From contig JAGOVG010000006.1 in the NCBI GenBank assembly GCA_018060845.1, positions 3,502-67,501 of the forward strand: a stretch of DNA of 64,000 nt, written 5' to 3'. The number at the start of each line of letters is the position of its first letter. The first letter of the stretch is position 1. Below are positions 31,009 through 39,950 of this stretch, piece after piece. A program made the position numbers and the translations under genes. This DNA comes from Candidatus Woesebacteria bacterium. Its GTDB lineage: Bacteria > Patescibacteriota > Microgenomatia > UBA1400 > UBA12108. The notes under the pieces are model-generated. The model searched no databases. It was not told the origin of the DNA and worked only from the letters and a program-made list of their open reading frames with translations.

Positions 31009-31590
31009 ATGTCATCAATGCAAGATTTTGTAGTTTCAAAAGTCAGAGTTAAGCTAATCACTGAGTTTTTGAGCAATCCTGCCGAGATGTTCTACATCAG
31101 GGAGCTCACTCGCCGGGTGGACGAGGAAATAAACGCAGTTAGGCGTGAGCTAATCCACCTAACCAGTCACGGCATGTTAAAAGAGGAGAAGCGGGGTAAC
31201 AGGATCTACTACATCTTTAACAAAAATTATCTCTTCCACAAAGAACTAGTGAGTATGGTTGGCAAATGTAGTGGGTTAGGTGCAGCGATCAGCAAGGCCG
31301 CCCCCAAACTAGGCCACATCAAATATGCCATGATCTCTGGTCGCTTTATGCGGCACATGCCTAGAGCCAAAGATACAGTAGATCTACTAATTGTTGGCGA
31401 CGTCATCTTGCCTCAGCTAGCTGAGCTAATCAGAGAGTCCGAGGCCAAGCTCTCCCGCGAGATCAACTACACCGTAATGACCGAGGATGAGCTTAGCTAC
31501 AGGAAGACTCACAACGACCCATTTATCGCTCGTATTCTCGAGAGTTCACGAATCATGATTATTGGTGACGAAGAAGAATTGGTTGCTTGA
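31009..31590 (+). CDS. Winged-helix DNA-binding protein with a C-terminal domain of unknown function
   Basis: N-terminal wHTH-like segment (IRELTRRVDEEINAVRRELIHLTSHGML); rest unassigned. Confidence 0.4.
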   Translation: MSSMQDFVVSKVRVKLITEFLSNPAEMFYIRELTRRVDEEINAVRRELIHLTSHGMLKEEKRGNRIYYIFNKNYLFHKELVSMVGKCSGLGAAISKAAPKLGHIKYAMISGRFMRHMPRAKDTVDLLIVGDVILPQLAELIRESEAKLSREINYTVMTEDELSYRKTHNDPFIARILESSRIMIIGDEEELVA

Positions 31591-31594
31591 TATT

Positions 31595-31786
31595 ATGTCA
31601 GACAAGATTACAACCAAGATAACTCGTATAGGTAACTCCAAGGGGATCATAGTCCCAACTAGCGTAATCAAGGCGCTCTCACTCGAAGAGGGAGATCAGG
31701 TCAATCTAAGTTACCTCGAAGAGTCTCAGCAGTTAGTGGTCAGCTTCCCCTCGACCAAGCAGCTAAAGTTAGGTGGGGGTTCATGA
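31595..31786 (+). CDS. AbrB/MazE/SpoVT-family small DNA-binding (antitoxin-like) protein
   Basis: TKITRIGNSKGIIVPTSVIKAL swapped-hairpin motif; internal ATG of ORF 31562..31786. Confidence 0.55.
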   Translation: MSDKITTKITRIGNSKGIIVPTSVIKALSLEEGDQVNLSYLEESQQLVVSFPSTKQLKLGGGS

Positions 31787-31823
31787 CATTATTCGTACGC
31801 CATGCTATCCTAATATCTTGTAT

Positions 31824-33152
31824 ATGAAACTAAAAAGAAATCTATTCCTCATTGCACTCATCTTTGCAGTATCGCTCGTTTTAGCAGCTCCCAAAAACTA
31901 CCCTATTAGTGCTACGCTGTTTGGCAAGACATTTAACGCAACCATTAGCTCACCAACTCTTACGATCGGCAGCTGGACTAGGGATCTAGAGCTCAAGCTA
32001 GGTCTAGATCTACGTGGCGGCACCGAGGTGACACTAGAGGCAGATATGGCAAATATCGCTGAGGTAGATCGCAAGGATGCTCTCAACTCTGTAAGAGAAG
32101 TTATCGCCCGCCGCGTCGACATGTATGGTGTTGCTGAGGCGACAGTCAAAACCATCACCAGTGGTGGCAACTACCGTCTCTCAGTCGCTATGCCAGGTAT
32201 AGATAACCCAGACGAAGCACTAGCTTTGATTGGTAGTACCGCCAAGCTAGATTTTCGCGAACTACCCAAGGATGCAACAGACAGTGCAACCTACGCAGAT
32301 TTTGTCACAACTGACTTGTCAGGATCTGATCTCAAGCGAGCAACAGTGTCCTTTAACCCTGAGACTGGGGATCCCGAAGTAAGTCTGCAGTTTAGCGAAG
32401 AAGGTGGCAAAAAATTTGAATCCTTAACCGAAAAAAATGTTGGCAAGCCAATCGGTATCTTTATGGATGACATACCCCTGTCTGCTCCAATAGTCCAGAC
32501 CAAGATTGTCGGCGGTACAGCAGTGATCAATGGTACATTTACGCTCGAAGAAGTCCAAAATATCGTACTCACTCTCAATGCTGGTGCACTCCCGGTTAGT
32601 GTGAAGATCCTCAAACAGCAGAACATCGCTCCCTCGCTAGGCGAAGGCAGTGTCCAGGCTAGCCTGACGGCGGGTGGGGTAGGGCTCGCGCTTGTGGCGC
32701 TATTCATGATCCTCAACTATGGTGCGCTAGGGTTTGTGGCAAGCATAGGACTCATTTTCTATGGTATCTTGACTCTCGCGCTCTACAAACTTATCCCAAT
32801 CACGCTAACTCTCCCTGGGCTTGCTGGCTTTATTCTAAGTATTGGTATGGCAGTCGATAGCAATATTCTGATCTTCGAGCGCATGAAAGAAGAGAGTAGA
32901 AAGGGCAACGGATTTGCCAGTAGCCTAGAGCTCGGTTTTGGCAAAGCTTGGGATGCTATCAAAGATGCAAACACCGCGACACTCATGGCTACGTTTATTC
33001 TCTATAATCCATTTGATTGGTCATTCTTAAACAGTAGTGGATTAGTCCGTGGCTTTGCTCTCACACTCTTCCTCGGTATCCTCGTCAGTCTCTTTACCGG
33101 TTTATTTGTGACCCGCAATCTACTCCGTGCATTTATTAAAGGGAAATCATAA
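31824..33152 (+). CDS. secD: Protein translocase subunit SecD
   Basis: Internal ATG (MKLKRNLFLIAL...) of ORF 31773..33152; periplasmic domain and 6 C-terminal TM helices. Confidence 0.85.
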   Translation: MKLKRNLFLIALIFAVSLVLAAPKNYPISATLFGKTFNATISSPTLTIGSWTRDLELKLGLDLRGGTEVTLEADMANIAEVDRKDALNSVREVIARRVDMYGVAEATVKTITSGGNYRLSVAMPGIDNPDEALALIGSTAKLDFRELPKDATDSATYADFVTTDLSGSDLKRATVSFNPETGDPEVSLQFSEEGGKKFESLTEKNVGKPIGIFMDDIPLSAPIVQTKIVGGTAVINGTFTLEEVQNIVLTLNAGALPVSVKILKQQNIAPSLGEGSVQASLTAGGVGLALVALFMILNYGALGFVASIGLIFYGILTLALYKLIPITLTLPGLAGFILSIGMAVDSNILIFERMKEESRKGNGFASSLELGFGKAWDAIKDANTATLMATFILYNPFDWSFLNSSGLVRGFALTLFLGILVSLFTGLFVTRNLLRAFIKGKS

Positions 33153-33155
33153 TCT

Positions 33156-34052
33156 ATGAGTGAGCAAAAACTAAAAATACTCGAACCGATGAAGTATTAC
33201 TGGGTTTACTTTGTAATCTCGCTCTGCGTTATCATCCCTGGTACCTACTCTCTGATCCGCTACGGTCTCAAGCCATCGATTGATTTTACTGGCGGCAGTA
33301 CCATTGTCTGGCAGGCCGAAGCTGAGCTCGGTGACGCTGATCTAACTGCTGCAGTCTCGTCAGTTGGTGCAGTTATAACTGATGTAACTCGCGAGGGTAA
33401 TAAGTTAAGTATTACCACCTCACCACTCGAGTCCGATGCCTATCAAAAACTCCGCGCTGACTCTCGAGTTGTTGCTGCCAAGATTACCGAGTTAGAGTAC
33501 CAAAATGTAGGACCGACCCTAGGTAGTGAGCTGATCAACAAAACCATCCTCGGTATCGCATTATCAGCACTACTCATCATGACCTACGTTGCCTACCGTT
33601 TCAAAGATTTTCGCTACGGTGCCTCAGCCATCCTCGCGATGTTCCACGACTCACTAGTGCTACTGGGCACTTTCTCGCTCCTAGGTCATTACGCAGGAAT
33701 TGAGGTGGATACACTTTTTGTAACCGCCCTCCTAACAATTCTCAGCTTCTCGGTGCATGACACTATCGTGGTTTACGATCGTATCCGTGAGCTAAAAAAG
33801 CATCATGGTTATCTAGATTTTGTCGATATCATCAATCGCGCGGTTGTTGAGACCATGGGTAGATCTATCAACAATAGTTTGACCATTATCTTCATGCTCT
33901 TGTCGATGTACCTGCTTGGTGGGGACTCGATCCGCCACTTTGTCTTGGCACTCCTTATTGGTACGATCTCAGGTACTTATAGCTCCACTTTTACCGCAGC
34001 CCCAATCCTAGTATTGTGGGACAAGATCTCTTCAAAAAGAAAAATTAAATAG
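33156..34052 (+). CDS. secF: Protein translocase subunit SecF
   Basis: 298 aa; follows secD. Confidence 0.85.
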   Translation: MSEQKLKILEPMKYYWVYFVISLCVIIPGTYSLIRYGLKPSIDFTGGSTIVWQAEAELGDADLTAAVSSVGAVITDVTREGNKLSITTSPLESDAYQKLRADSRVVAAKITELEYQNVGPTLGSELINKTILGIALSALLIMTYVAYRFKDFRYGASAILAMFHDSLVLLGTFSLLGHYAGIEVDTLFVTALLTILSFSVHDTIVVYDRIRELKKHHGYLDFVDIINRAVVETMGRSINNSLTIIFMLLSMYLLGGDSIRHFVLALLIGTISGTYSSTFTAAPILVLWDKISSKRKIK

Positions 34053-34055
34053 TGC

Positions 34056-34333
34056 CGGAATGTGGTTGGCATAAGCCAGATTCTGTTTTTAGTGCGATCA
34101 TTTCTCTAATGCCCGCAATCTTCGGGACTCAGGAGTGCTACTGTCTTAGTCGTCCCAGTCGTCGGTTGCAGCGGGGAGGATTGCCCGTTTCACTCCCACT
34201 TAAGGGATTCGTCACTGTTGCTCTAAACTAGCGGTTACCCGTGATAGCTTGCGCTACCCACCCTGCACTCTGCTGTCTGGACTTTCCTCTCTCGGCTGTA
34301 ACGCCGGAGCGATCACCCACCAACCACATTCGG
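34056..34333 (-). ncRNA. rnpB: RNase P RNA (bacterial type, reduced)
   Basis: Reverse complement reads GAAUGUGGUUGG...GAGGAAAGUCCAGAC...GGGAGUGAAACGGGCAAUCCUCC...ACAGAAUCUGGCUUAUGCCAACCACAUUC. P1 closes (gaatgtggttgg/ccaaccacattc). P4 AAGUCCAGA/UCUGGCUU has the bulged U, as in E. coli GGAAAGUCCGGGC/ACAGAACCCGGCUUA. Confidence 0.85.
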
Positions 34334-34409
34334 CAAGGGTATTATAACTTATTATCAGGATTGAACTAGAAATGTTCATACTACTTACAAGTACTACAAG
34401 ATATAATAA

Positions 34410-35657
34410 GTGATGATATACAATAATAATATGTCATCATTGAATCCTGTAAAGACTGAAAATCTATATCAAAATTACTCGCGCTCAGCATTAGATTTAA
34501 CCCCCAATATGGCCATGTTGCCAGTGTCTCCATTAGTTAATTGGGGCATACATTCAGAGATAATTAGTAAAATACATGGCAGATCTGTCGCATACGATCC
34601 CTTATCTCCGATACTACAATTAGATGAGTATGGTCACCCGCTTGGCAGTCTTGATTGGAAGGGTGCACGCCTAGACAACATCTTCTTAACCGAAGATAAG
34701 TACTCGAGGGGGGGAGTGCGTCTAAACGGTCTCCTAGTAATCGATCAATACCCGAGAATAGTAAATAACAGTGAGATCGCAAGAAGAATAGGGATTCCTA
34801 CCGAAAGAATATTATCCGTAGAAAAAATATTAGAACTTCCGTTAGACGGCAGGATGGTTGATGTTGATACTTGGAAAACAATCACAAGACAACGATTAGT
34901 AAAAAGAGTTGAGGAAGATAATAACTTTCTCAGTCACTTGCCGGCAAAAAATATAGCAGAGAAAATTAGTAGCATATACGAGTTTTTTGCAACAGATTTT
35001 ATAATAATTCAAAGAGAAAACCCAGTAAATCAGAGATATGAAGACTTATGTCTATTTACTGACAAAGAAGAACTTACAGAAAAATTGTCACCTACATTTA
35101 GATGGTTAAACCTGGTTAAAAGATATAAACCTGACTCAATAATTGTAAAACACTTGCCGTTCGAACCACTTCGAGTATCAGACAATAGTCATATCTATAA
35201 ATATCTAACAAGATACTTGCCAGAAACAATGGGTAGAATCCTTGGCTTGCAACACATGCATGATATACGAGTAAACTTTGCTTCTTCAAAAAACTTCACA
35301 TCTGTGGGAACGCCTCTTGACGTAGATAGTTGGACATCACCTATTTTTGGAGATGATCCAAATAGTGAACATGATCTGCAAGAAGATCTCCAACTAATTC
35401 GTATGCACGTACGCGATGTTACTGGAGAGTTTATCAGGAATGGATATTTTAATAATATCGAAAATCACGAGCAAAGAGCAATAGTCGAAGCTACACAAGC
35501 TCTGTTCTTTGGGTATCTAACAGGTCGACTAAGAAACAAACCAAATAATCATTCAGGTTATGACGTAATAATTGGTCTATTAAAAGAATCAGAAGAACAA
35601 AGCTTACTCAAAAAGGTGATTTATTCTGAATCGGATCATTATTTTGACAATCAGTAG
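34410..35657 (+). CDS. Hypothetical protein (AT-rich orphan, no recognisable domain)
   Basis: 415 aa uninterrupted ORF; coding bias clearly AT-richer than flanking genes; AT-rich upstream region. Confidence 0.55.
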   Translation: MMIYNNNMSSLNPVKTENLYQNYSRSALDLTPNMAMLPVSPLVNWGIHSEIISKIHGRSVAYDPLSPILQLDEYGHPLGSLDWKGARLDNIFLTEDKYSRGGVRLNGLLVIDQYPRIVNNSEIARRIGIPTERILSVEKILELPLDGRMVDVDTWKTITRQRLVKRVEEDNNFLSHLPAKNIAEKISSIYEFFATDFIIIQRENPVNQRYEDLCLFTDKEELTEKLSPTFRWLNLVKRYKPDSIIVKHLPFEPLRVSDNSHIYKYLTRYLPETMGRILGLQHMHDIRVNFASSKNFTSVGTPLDVDSWTSPIFGDDPNSEHDLQEDLQLIRMHVRDVTGEFIRNGYFNNIENHEQRAIVEATQALFFGYLTGRLRNKPNNHSGYDVIIGLLKESEEQSLLKKVIYSESDHYFDNQ

Positions 35658-35673
35658 TTATAGAGAGAAAACC

Positions 35674-37083
35674 TTATCCCAACTCCACGATTCTTTTTTC
35701 TAAATACTCTTTAGTATTACGGCTTGAGTCATCCAGTATCTCTTCAAAAAGGGTATTTAATATCTCTCCTATTTTTCTGCTCGGCTTTATATCCAGTATC
35801 CTCATAACGTCTCCACCATCGACCGCCATATCTTTTAGCGATAGCGGCTCATACAGTTGCTCGCCAATCCGCTTTTGTAGCTCGGTTAGTCGCCAGCTCG
35901 TGGTCTTGCTCCCTGATCCTATTCGATCACCTATCCTAAGCGCTATCATGTCATGTATATTCTCTAGTCCTACTCGCCTAATAAATCGTCTGATCGCACT
36001 ATCAGTCATCTTGGGGTCGTAGTGGAACATGTGCCAGCGAACTAGGGTAAACACTTTATCCTGATCTTTCTTTGGTAGTTTTAGTCGCTCCGCGATCCGC
36101 TTTGCAGTGCGCGCCCCTACCACTTCGTGATTATGAAAAGTCACACCTCGCGGTCCCTCCGCTCTCGCAACGGTCGGCTTATCAATGTCGTGTAGTAGGG
36201 TTGACAGTCGCACAACAGGATCGGGCGAGCTGCACCCTCGCAGCGATTCAATGAGATGCGTATAAACATCATGAGTATGGTGTCCTCCCTGCTCGACTCC
36301 TCGACACTTTATTAATTCCGGCATCACGATCTCTAGTATCCCTGTATTGGCCATTAAGATCACACCATCTGCCGCGTGATCAGTTGCTAGGAGTTTCATC
36401 ACCTCAGCCCCTATCCGCTCCCAGCTAATATCTCGGAGGTTAGCGACCGTTGCCTTAAGTGCTGCAAATGTTTCGTTCTCGATCGTAAATCCTAGTTGAG
36501 CCGCCAGTCTAATGGCTCGCATTATGCGTAGAGCATCTTCATCAAAGCGCTCGATCGGCACCCCGACTGCTCTTATTACCTTGTTCTTGATATCTTCTTG
36601 TCCACCGTACGGGTCAACGATCTCAACCTCATAACTTACAACTTTCAACTTGTTACTTTCTACTTGCGACTTTAGTCGCAGAGCAAGTGCGTTAATCGTA
36701 AAGTCTCGTCTCTTAAGATCCTCTTCAATAGATTTGCCCCACACTACGCTATCGGGGCGTCTTTTATCAGAGTAGCCGCTCTCAGAGCGATAGGTCGTAA
36801 TATCAAAGATCATTGAGTCGTCGCACTGTTCGTCAGTTAATCCAAACTGCTCTTTTAGGTGCTTTCCCGCTACCTTGACTGTCCCGTACTCGTTATCATA
36901 AAAACTATCTGTAAAAAGAGGCTCAACCATCTCTGGGGTTGCATTAGTTGTGATATCCCAGTCATAAGAGGGGAGAGATAGTAGTAAGTCTCGGACAGCT
37001 CCACCCACTATCTCCGCCGTATATCCATGGCTCTTTAGAGTCTCGACTATTACGACAGCTGCAGGGTTAAGTATAAGTTGCAT
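35674..37083 (-). CDS. cca: CCA-adding tRNA nucleotidyltransferase with HD domain
   Basis: GGAVRD polbeta-NTase motif, RRDFTINA, HD motif (HDIDK). Confidence 0.85.
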   Translation of the reverse strand: MQLILNPAAVVIVETLKSHGYTAEIVGGAVRDLLLSLPSYDWDITTNATPEMVEPLFTDSFYDNEYGTVKVAGKHLKEQFGLTDEQCDDSMIFDITTYRSESGYSDKRRPDSVVWGKSIEEDLKRRDFTINALALRLKSQVESNKLKVVSYEVEIVDPYGGQEDIKNKVIRAVGVPIERFDEDALRIMRAIRLAAQLGFTIENETFAALKATVANLRDISWERIGAEVMKLLATDHAADGVILMANTGILEIVMPELIKCRGVEQGGHHTHDVYTHLIESLRGCSSPDPVVRLSTLLHDIDKPTVARAEGPRGVTFHNHEVVGARTAKRIAERLKLPKKDQDKVFTLVRWHMFHYDPKMTDSAIRRFIRRVGLENIHDMIALRIGDRIGSGSKTTSWRLTELQKRIGEQLYEPLSLKDMAVDGGDVMRILDIKPSRKIGEILNTLFEEILDDSSRNTKEYLEKRIVELG

Positions 37084-37116
37084 GTTTCCATTATAACAAG
37101 AGGTTATAATAAGACC

Positions 37117-38775
37117 ATGATCATAAACACCAAATGTAGCATCAAAGCTCCAATTACAGCCAACGAGATCATCAAGACTATCCTGGTTAGTAGAGGTTTA
37201 AACACGGTCGAGGAGCAGGCCGAGTTCTTATCCCCTCGTGAGATCACGCTAGATTACCTCTATGCAGAGTCGGGCATCACCAAGGAGTCTCTCAGTGCAG
37301 CCCAGACTTTAATTGATAAACATTTGGAGAGTGGTAGTGACATCTGCATCTTTGGCGACTACGATGCCGATGGGGTTAGCGCAACCGCTGTCCTCTATTT
37401 AGGCCTTAGTGAGTACATCAAAAAATCAGGCTCGACCTCGCGCCTCCTCCCGTTTATCCCAGATCGCCACAAGCATGGTTATGGTTTATCTAATAAGGCA
37501 ATCGCCGAAGTGATGGATGGTACTGCATTTATTGATGCTAGCTACGAGGGTTTCCACCCCAAACTCATAATCACTGTCGATACGGGAATAGTCGCCCATG
37601 ATGGTATCGACACCTTTGTGCATGAGGGAATTGAGGTCATTATTACCGATCACCACTTACCTGATAGTACACTGCCAAAAGCAAACTCGATAGTTCACTC
37701 AACTATCACATCCGGTGCCGGGGTATCCTGGATCTTGGTCTGCCATCTCCTTGCTAGCACCTCAAAACTACTAGACTTGGCGACGATCGGGATCATCGCG
37801 GACATGATGCCGCTTGTTGGGTTTAATCGAACCCTAGTTGTTAGTGGTCTCAAAGCGTTAAGCGCTAGTAGTAGTCCTGGGTTTCGTGCGCTCAAAGCCA
37901 GGATGGGTATCCCAGAGCGACCGCTTACTTCGTACGATATTAGCTACGGTATCGCACCACGCATTAACGCTGCTGGACGAATCTATAGTCCACTACATGC
38001 ACTACGACTATTGTGTACGACTGACAACGGTGTAGCTACTAGTCTGGCCGAAGAGATCGAATCTCACAATATAGACCGCCAGGAGCTGACCGAGTCCGCG
38101 CTCACTCATGCGCTCGAGCAGCCATTTAACAATAAGATTACCGCGCTCGTTGGCCCATATCACGAGGGAGTCATTGGCTTGGTAGCCGGCAAGCTGGTAG
38201 AGGCCGCCTATCGCCCGGCCATTGTCATGAGTGACAATGGAGACGTCATCAAGGGCTCAGCCCGGTCAATCCCCGGCTTTAACATCACTGGATTTTTGCG
38301 CAGCCTCAAGACTCCATTTTTGGGCTTAGGCGGGCACGATCAGGCAGCAGGCTTTAGTATCGAAAGGGTTAATCTGCAATTGCTCCTGGATGAGGTTTCA
38401 GCCGTAGGCAACACGACAATTAGCGACGATCTACTAATTAGGCACGAGAATGCCGATATGGAGTTGCCTCTAAACAATGCAACACTCGAATTAGCCAAAA
38501 AGCTTACAAAGCTAGAGCCGTACGGGCTCGGTAATAATAAGCCAAGATTCTTGTTTAAAAACGTCAAAGTCGTAGAAGATAGAGCACTCGGTGAGCTAGG
38601 CAAGCACCACAAATTAACGATTGAGCAAGATGGTATTAGACTCCCACTGCTAATGTTTAACACCAAACACTCTCACCCGATTAACCATGTCACGCAGTGT
38701 ATTGCGACAATAGATGTCAATGTATGGAATAACAAAGAATCAGTCCAGTTGGTATCAACCTATGTCGAAACTTAA
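37117..38775 (+). CDS. recJ: Single-stranded-DNA-specific exonuclease RecJ
   Basis: DHH motifs (FGDYDADG, ITVDTG, TDHHLP) and DHHA1 (GGH...AAG); start moved to the internal ATG to avoid overlap with divergent cca, start uncertain. Confidence 0.8.
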   Translation: MIINTKCSIKAPITANEIIKTILVSRGLNTVEEQAEFLSPREITLDYLYAESGITKESLSAAQTLIDKHLESGSDICIFGDYDADGVSATAVLYLGLSEYIKKSGSTSRLLPFIPDRHKHGYGLSNKAIAEVMDGTAFIDASYEGFHPKLIITVDTGIVAHDGIDTFVHEGIEVIITDHHLPDSTLPKANSIVHSTITSGAGVSWILVCHLLASTSKLLDLATIGIIADMMPLVGFNRTLVVSGLKALSASSSPGFRALKARMGIPERPLTSYDISYGIAPRINAAGRIYSPLHALRLLCTTDNGVATSLAEEIESHNIDRQELTESALTHALEQPFNNKITALVGPYHEGVIGLVAGKLVEAAYRPAIVMSDNGDVIKGSARSIPGFNITGFLRSLKTPFLGLGGHDQAAGFSIERVNLQLLLDEVSAVGNTTISDDLLIRHENADMELPLNNATLELAKKLTKLEPYGLGNNKPRFLFKNVKVVEDRALGELGKHHKLTIEQDGIRLPLLMFNTKHSHPINHVTQCIATIDVNVWNNKESVQLVSTYVET

Positions 38776-39757
38776 CTCTCAATTTTTAGCTTTTGTAACT
38801 AAGCAGTCAAAAAGATCTTTACTTGTTCCTTTCTCCTTTTTACTTTTAACTCTTGCTTATCCTGGTCACAACCAGCTGCAGTCCATAGTCCTAAGACCAG
38901 GTCCAGTTTTTACTCCACAAAAAATCGAGATTGCACTCGCCGACTACCCACTATCAGATGGGGAGGCCCCGCCAGCTGTTGCCTCTACCTCATATATTGT
39001 CCAGGATATTAGCAGTAAAACTGTGATAGCACAGAGGCGTCCCGATGTAGTGCTGCCCCCCGCTTCTATTACCAAGCTCATGACAGCGCTCGTTGCTCTA
39101 GAGACTTGGCCCGACAAAAATACAGTACTAACCGTGCAGAACGAAGATCGTGCCATCGGACAGACTATCGAACTAAGCAAAGGTGATCAGCTAAGCGTAG
39201 ACTCACTCCTCCATGGCCTCCTCATCCACTCGGGTAACGATGCCGCACTGACGCTCGCTGACAACTACTGCGCCCCTACGAAGCCGAAAGGCGAAGGGGG
39301 GAACTGTGGTTATTCAGCTTTTGTAGCTGCAATGAATCAAAAAGCCAAAGATCTAAATCTACTAAGTACAGTTTACAAAAACCCGAGTGGTATCGATCAG
39401 TATGGCCACCTCACCTCAGCCCGCGATATCGCAACGCTCGCATCCGTCGCCCTAACTGATCCCTATATTCAGGGAGTTGTGGCAAAAGAAGTTGCGGCAA
39501 TTACCGACGTAACAGGTACTAAGACTTACGAACTCGAATCCACTGACGAGTTATTATCCGTTCTCCCTGGCTTGAAGGGTGGAAAGACTGGCTGGACTAC
39601 TGGGGCTGGAGAGTGTTTTGTGAGCTACGTCGAAAGAGATGGCAGAGGGATTATTACTGTAGTCCTAGGTAGTGCTGATCGTTTTGCCGACACTACGAGG
39701 CTCGTTGAATGGGTGTACGAGCATCACAACTGGGTCTCTGTTGACTCGCCAAGATAA
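38762..39757 (+). CDS. D-alanyl-D-alanine carboxypeptidase (S11 family PBP)
   Basis: SITK (SxxK), SGN and KTG motifs in order; signal/TM N-terminus; internal ATG of ORF 38714..39757. Confidence 0.8.
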   Translation: MSKLNSQFLAFVTKQSKRSLLVPFSFLLLTLAYPGHNQLQSIVLRPGPVFTPQKIEIALADYPLSDGEAPPAVASTSYIVQDISSKTVIAQRRPDVVLPPASITKLMTALVALETWPDKNTVLTVQNEDRAIGQTIELSKGDQLSVDSLLHGLLIHSGNDAALTLADNYCAPTKPKGEGGNCGYSAFVAAMNQKAKDLNLLSTVYKNPSGIDQYGHLTSARDIATLASVALTDPYIQGVVAKEVAAITDVTGTKTYELESTDELLSVLPGLKGGKTGWTTGAGECFVSYVERDGRGIITVVLGSADRFADTTRLVEWVYEHHNWVSVDSPR

Positions 39758-39764
39758 TTTTGTT

Positions 39765-39945
39765 ATCCTCCACCTACAAATACATAACAGCGTTAATAGT
39801 TTGCTGACAACAAACGAGCTGGAACCGGTTAAGCCCGTTATCGCTGTAATAAGTTTAGACAAGGTGGCACCGTCCGACAGGACCCTTTCAAATATAAGGG
39901 TTTTGGGGCGGTTTTTTTATGCTCCAAAATCCAAAAATTAGAGGA
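39765..39945 (+). promoter_or_regulatory. Candidate T-box riboswitch leader of aspS
   Basis: AAGGTGGCACCGTCC T-box-like core at 39861-39875, overlapping the 5' strand of a terminator (ccgtcc...ggggcgg + T7). Upstream hairpin with terminal loop CUGACAA carrying GAC (Asp codon) followed by A. Confidence 0.45.
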
Positions 39946-39950
39946 GTAAT

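Noticed and set aside
32291-32716. 141-aa minus-strand ORF inside secD
   Set aside because: Antisense artefact.
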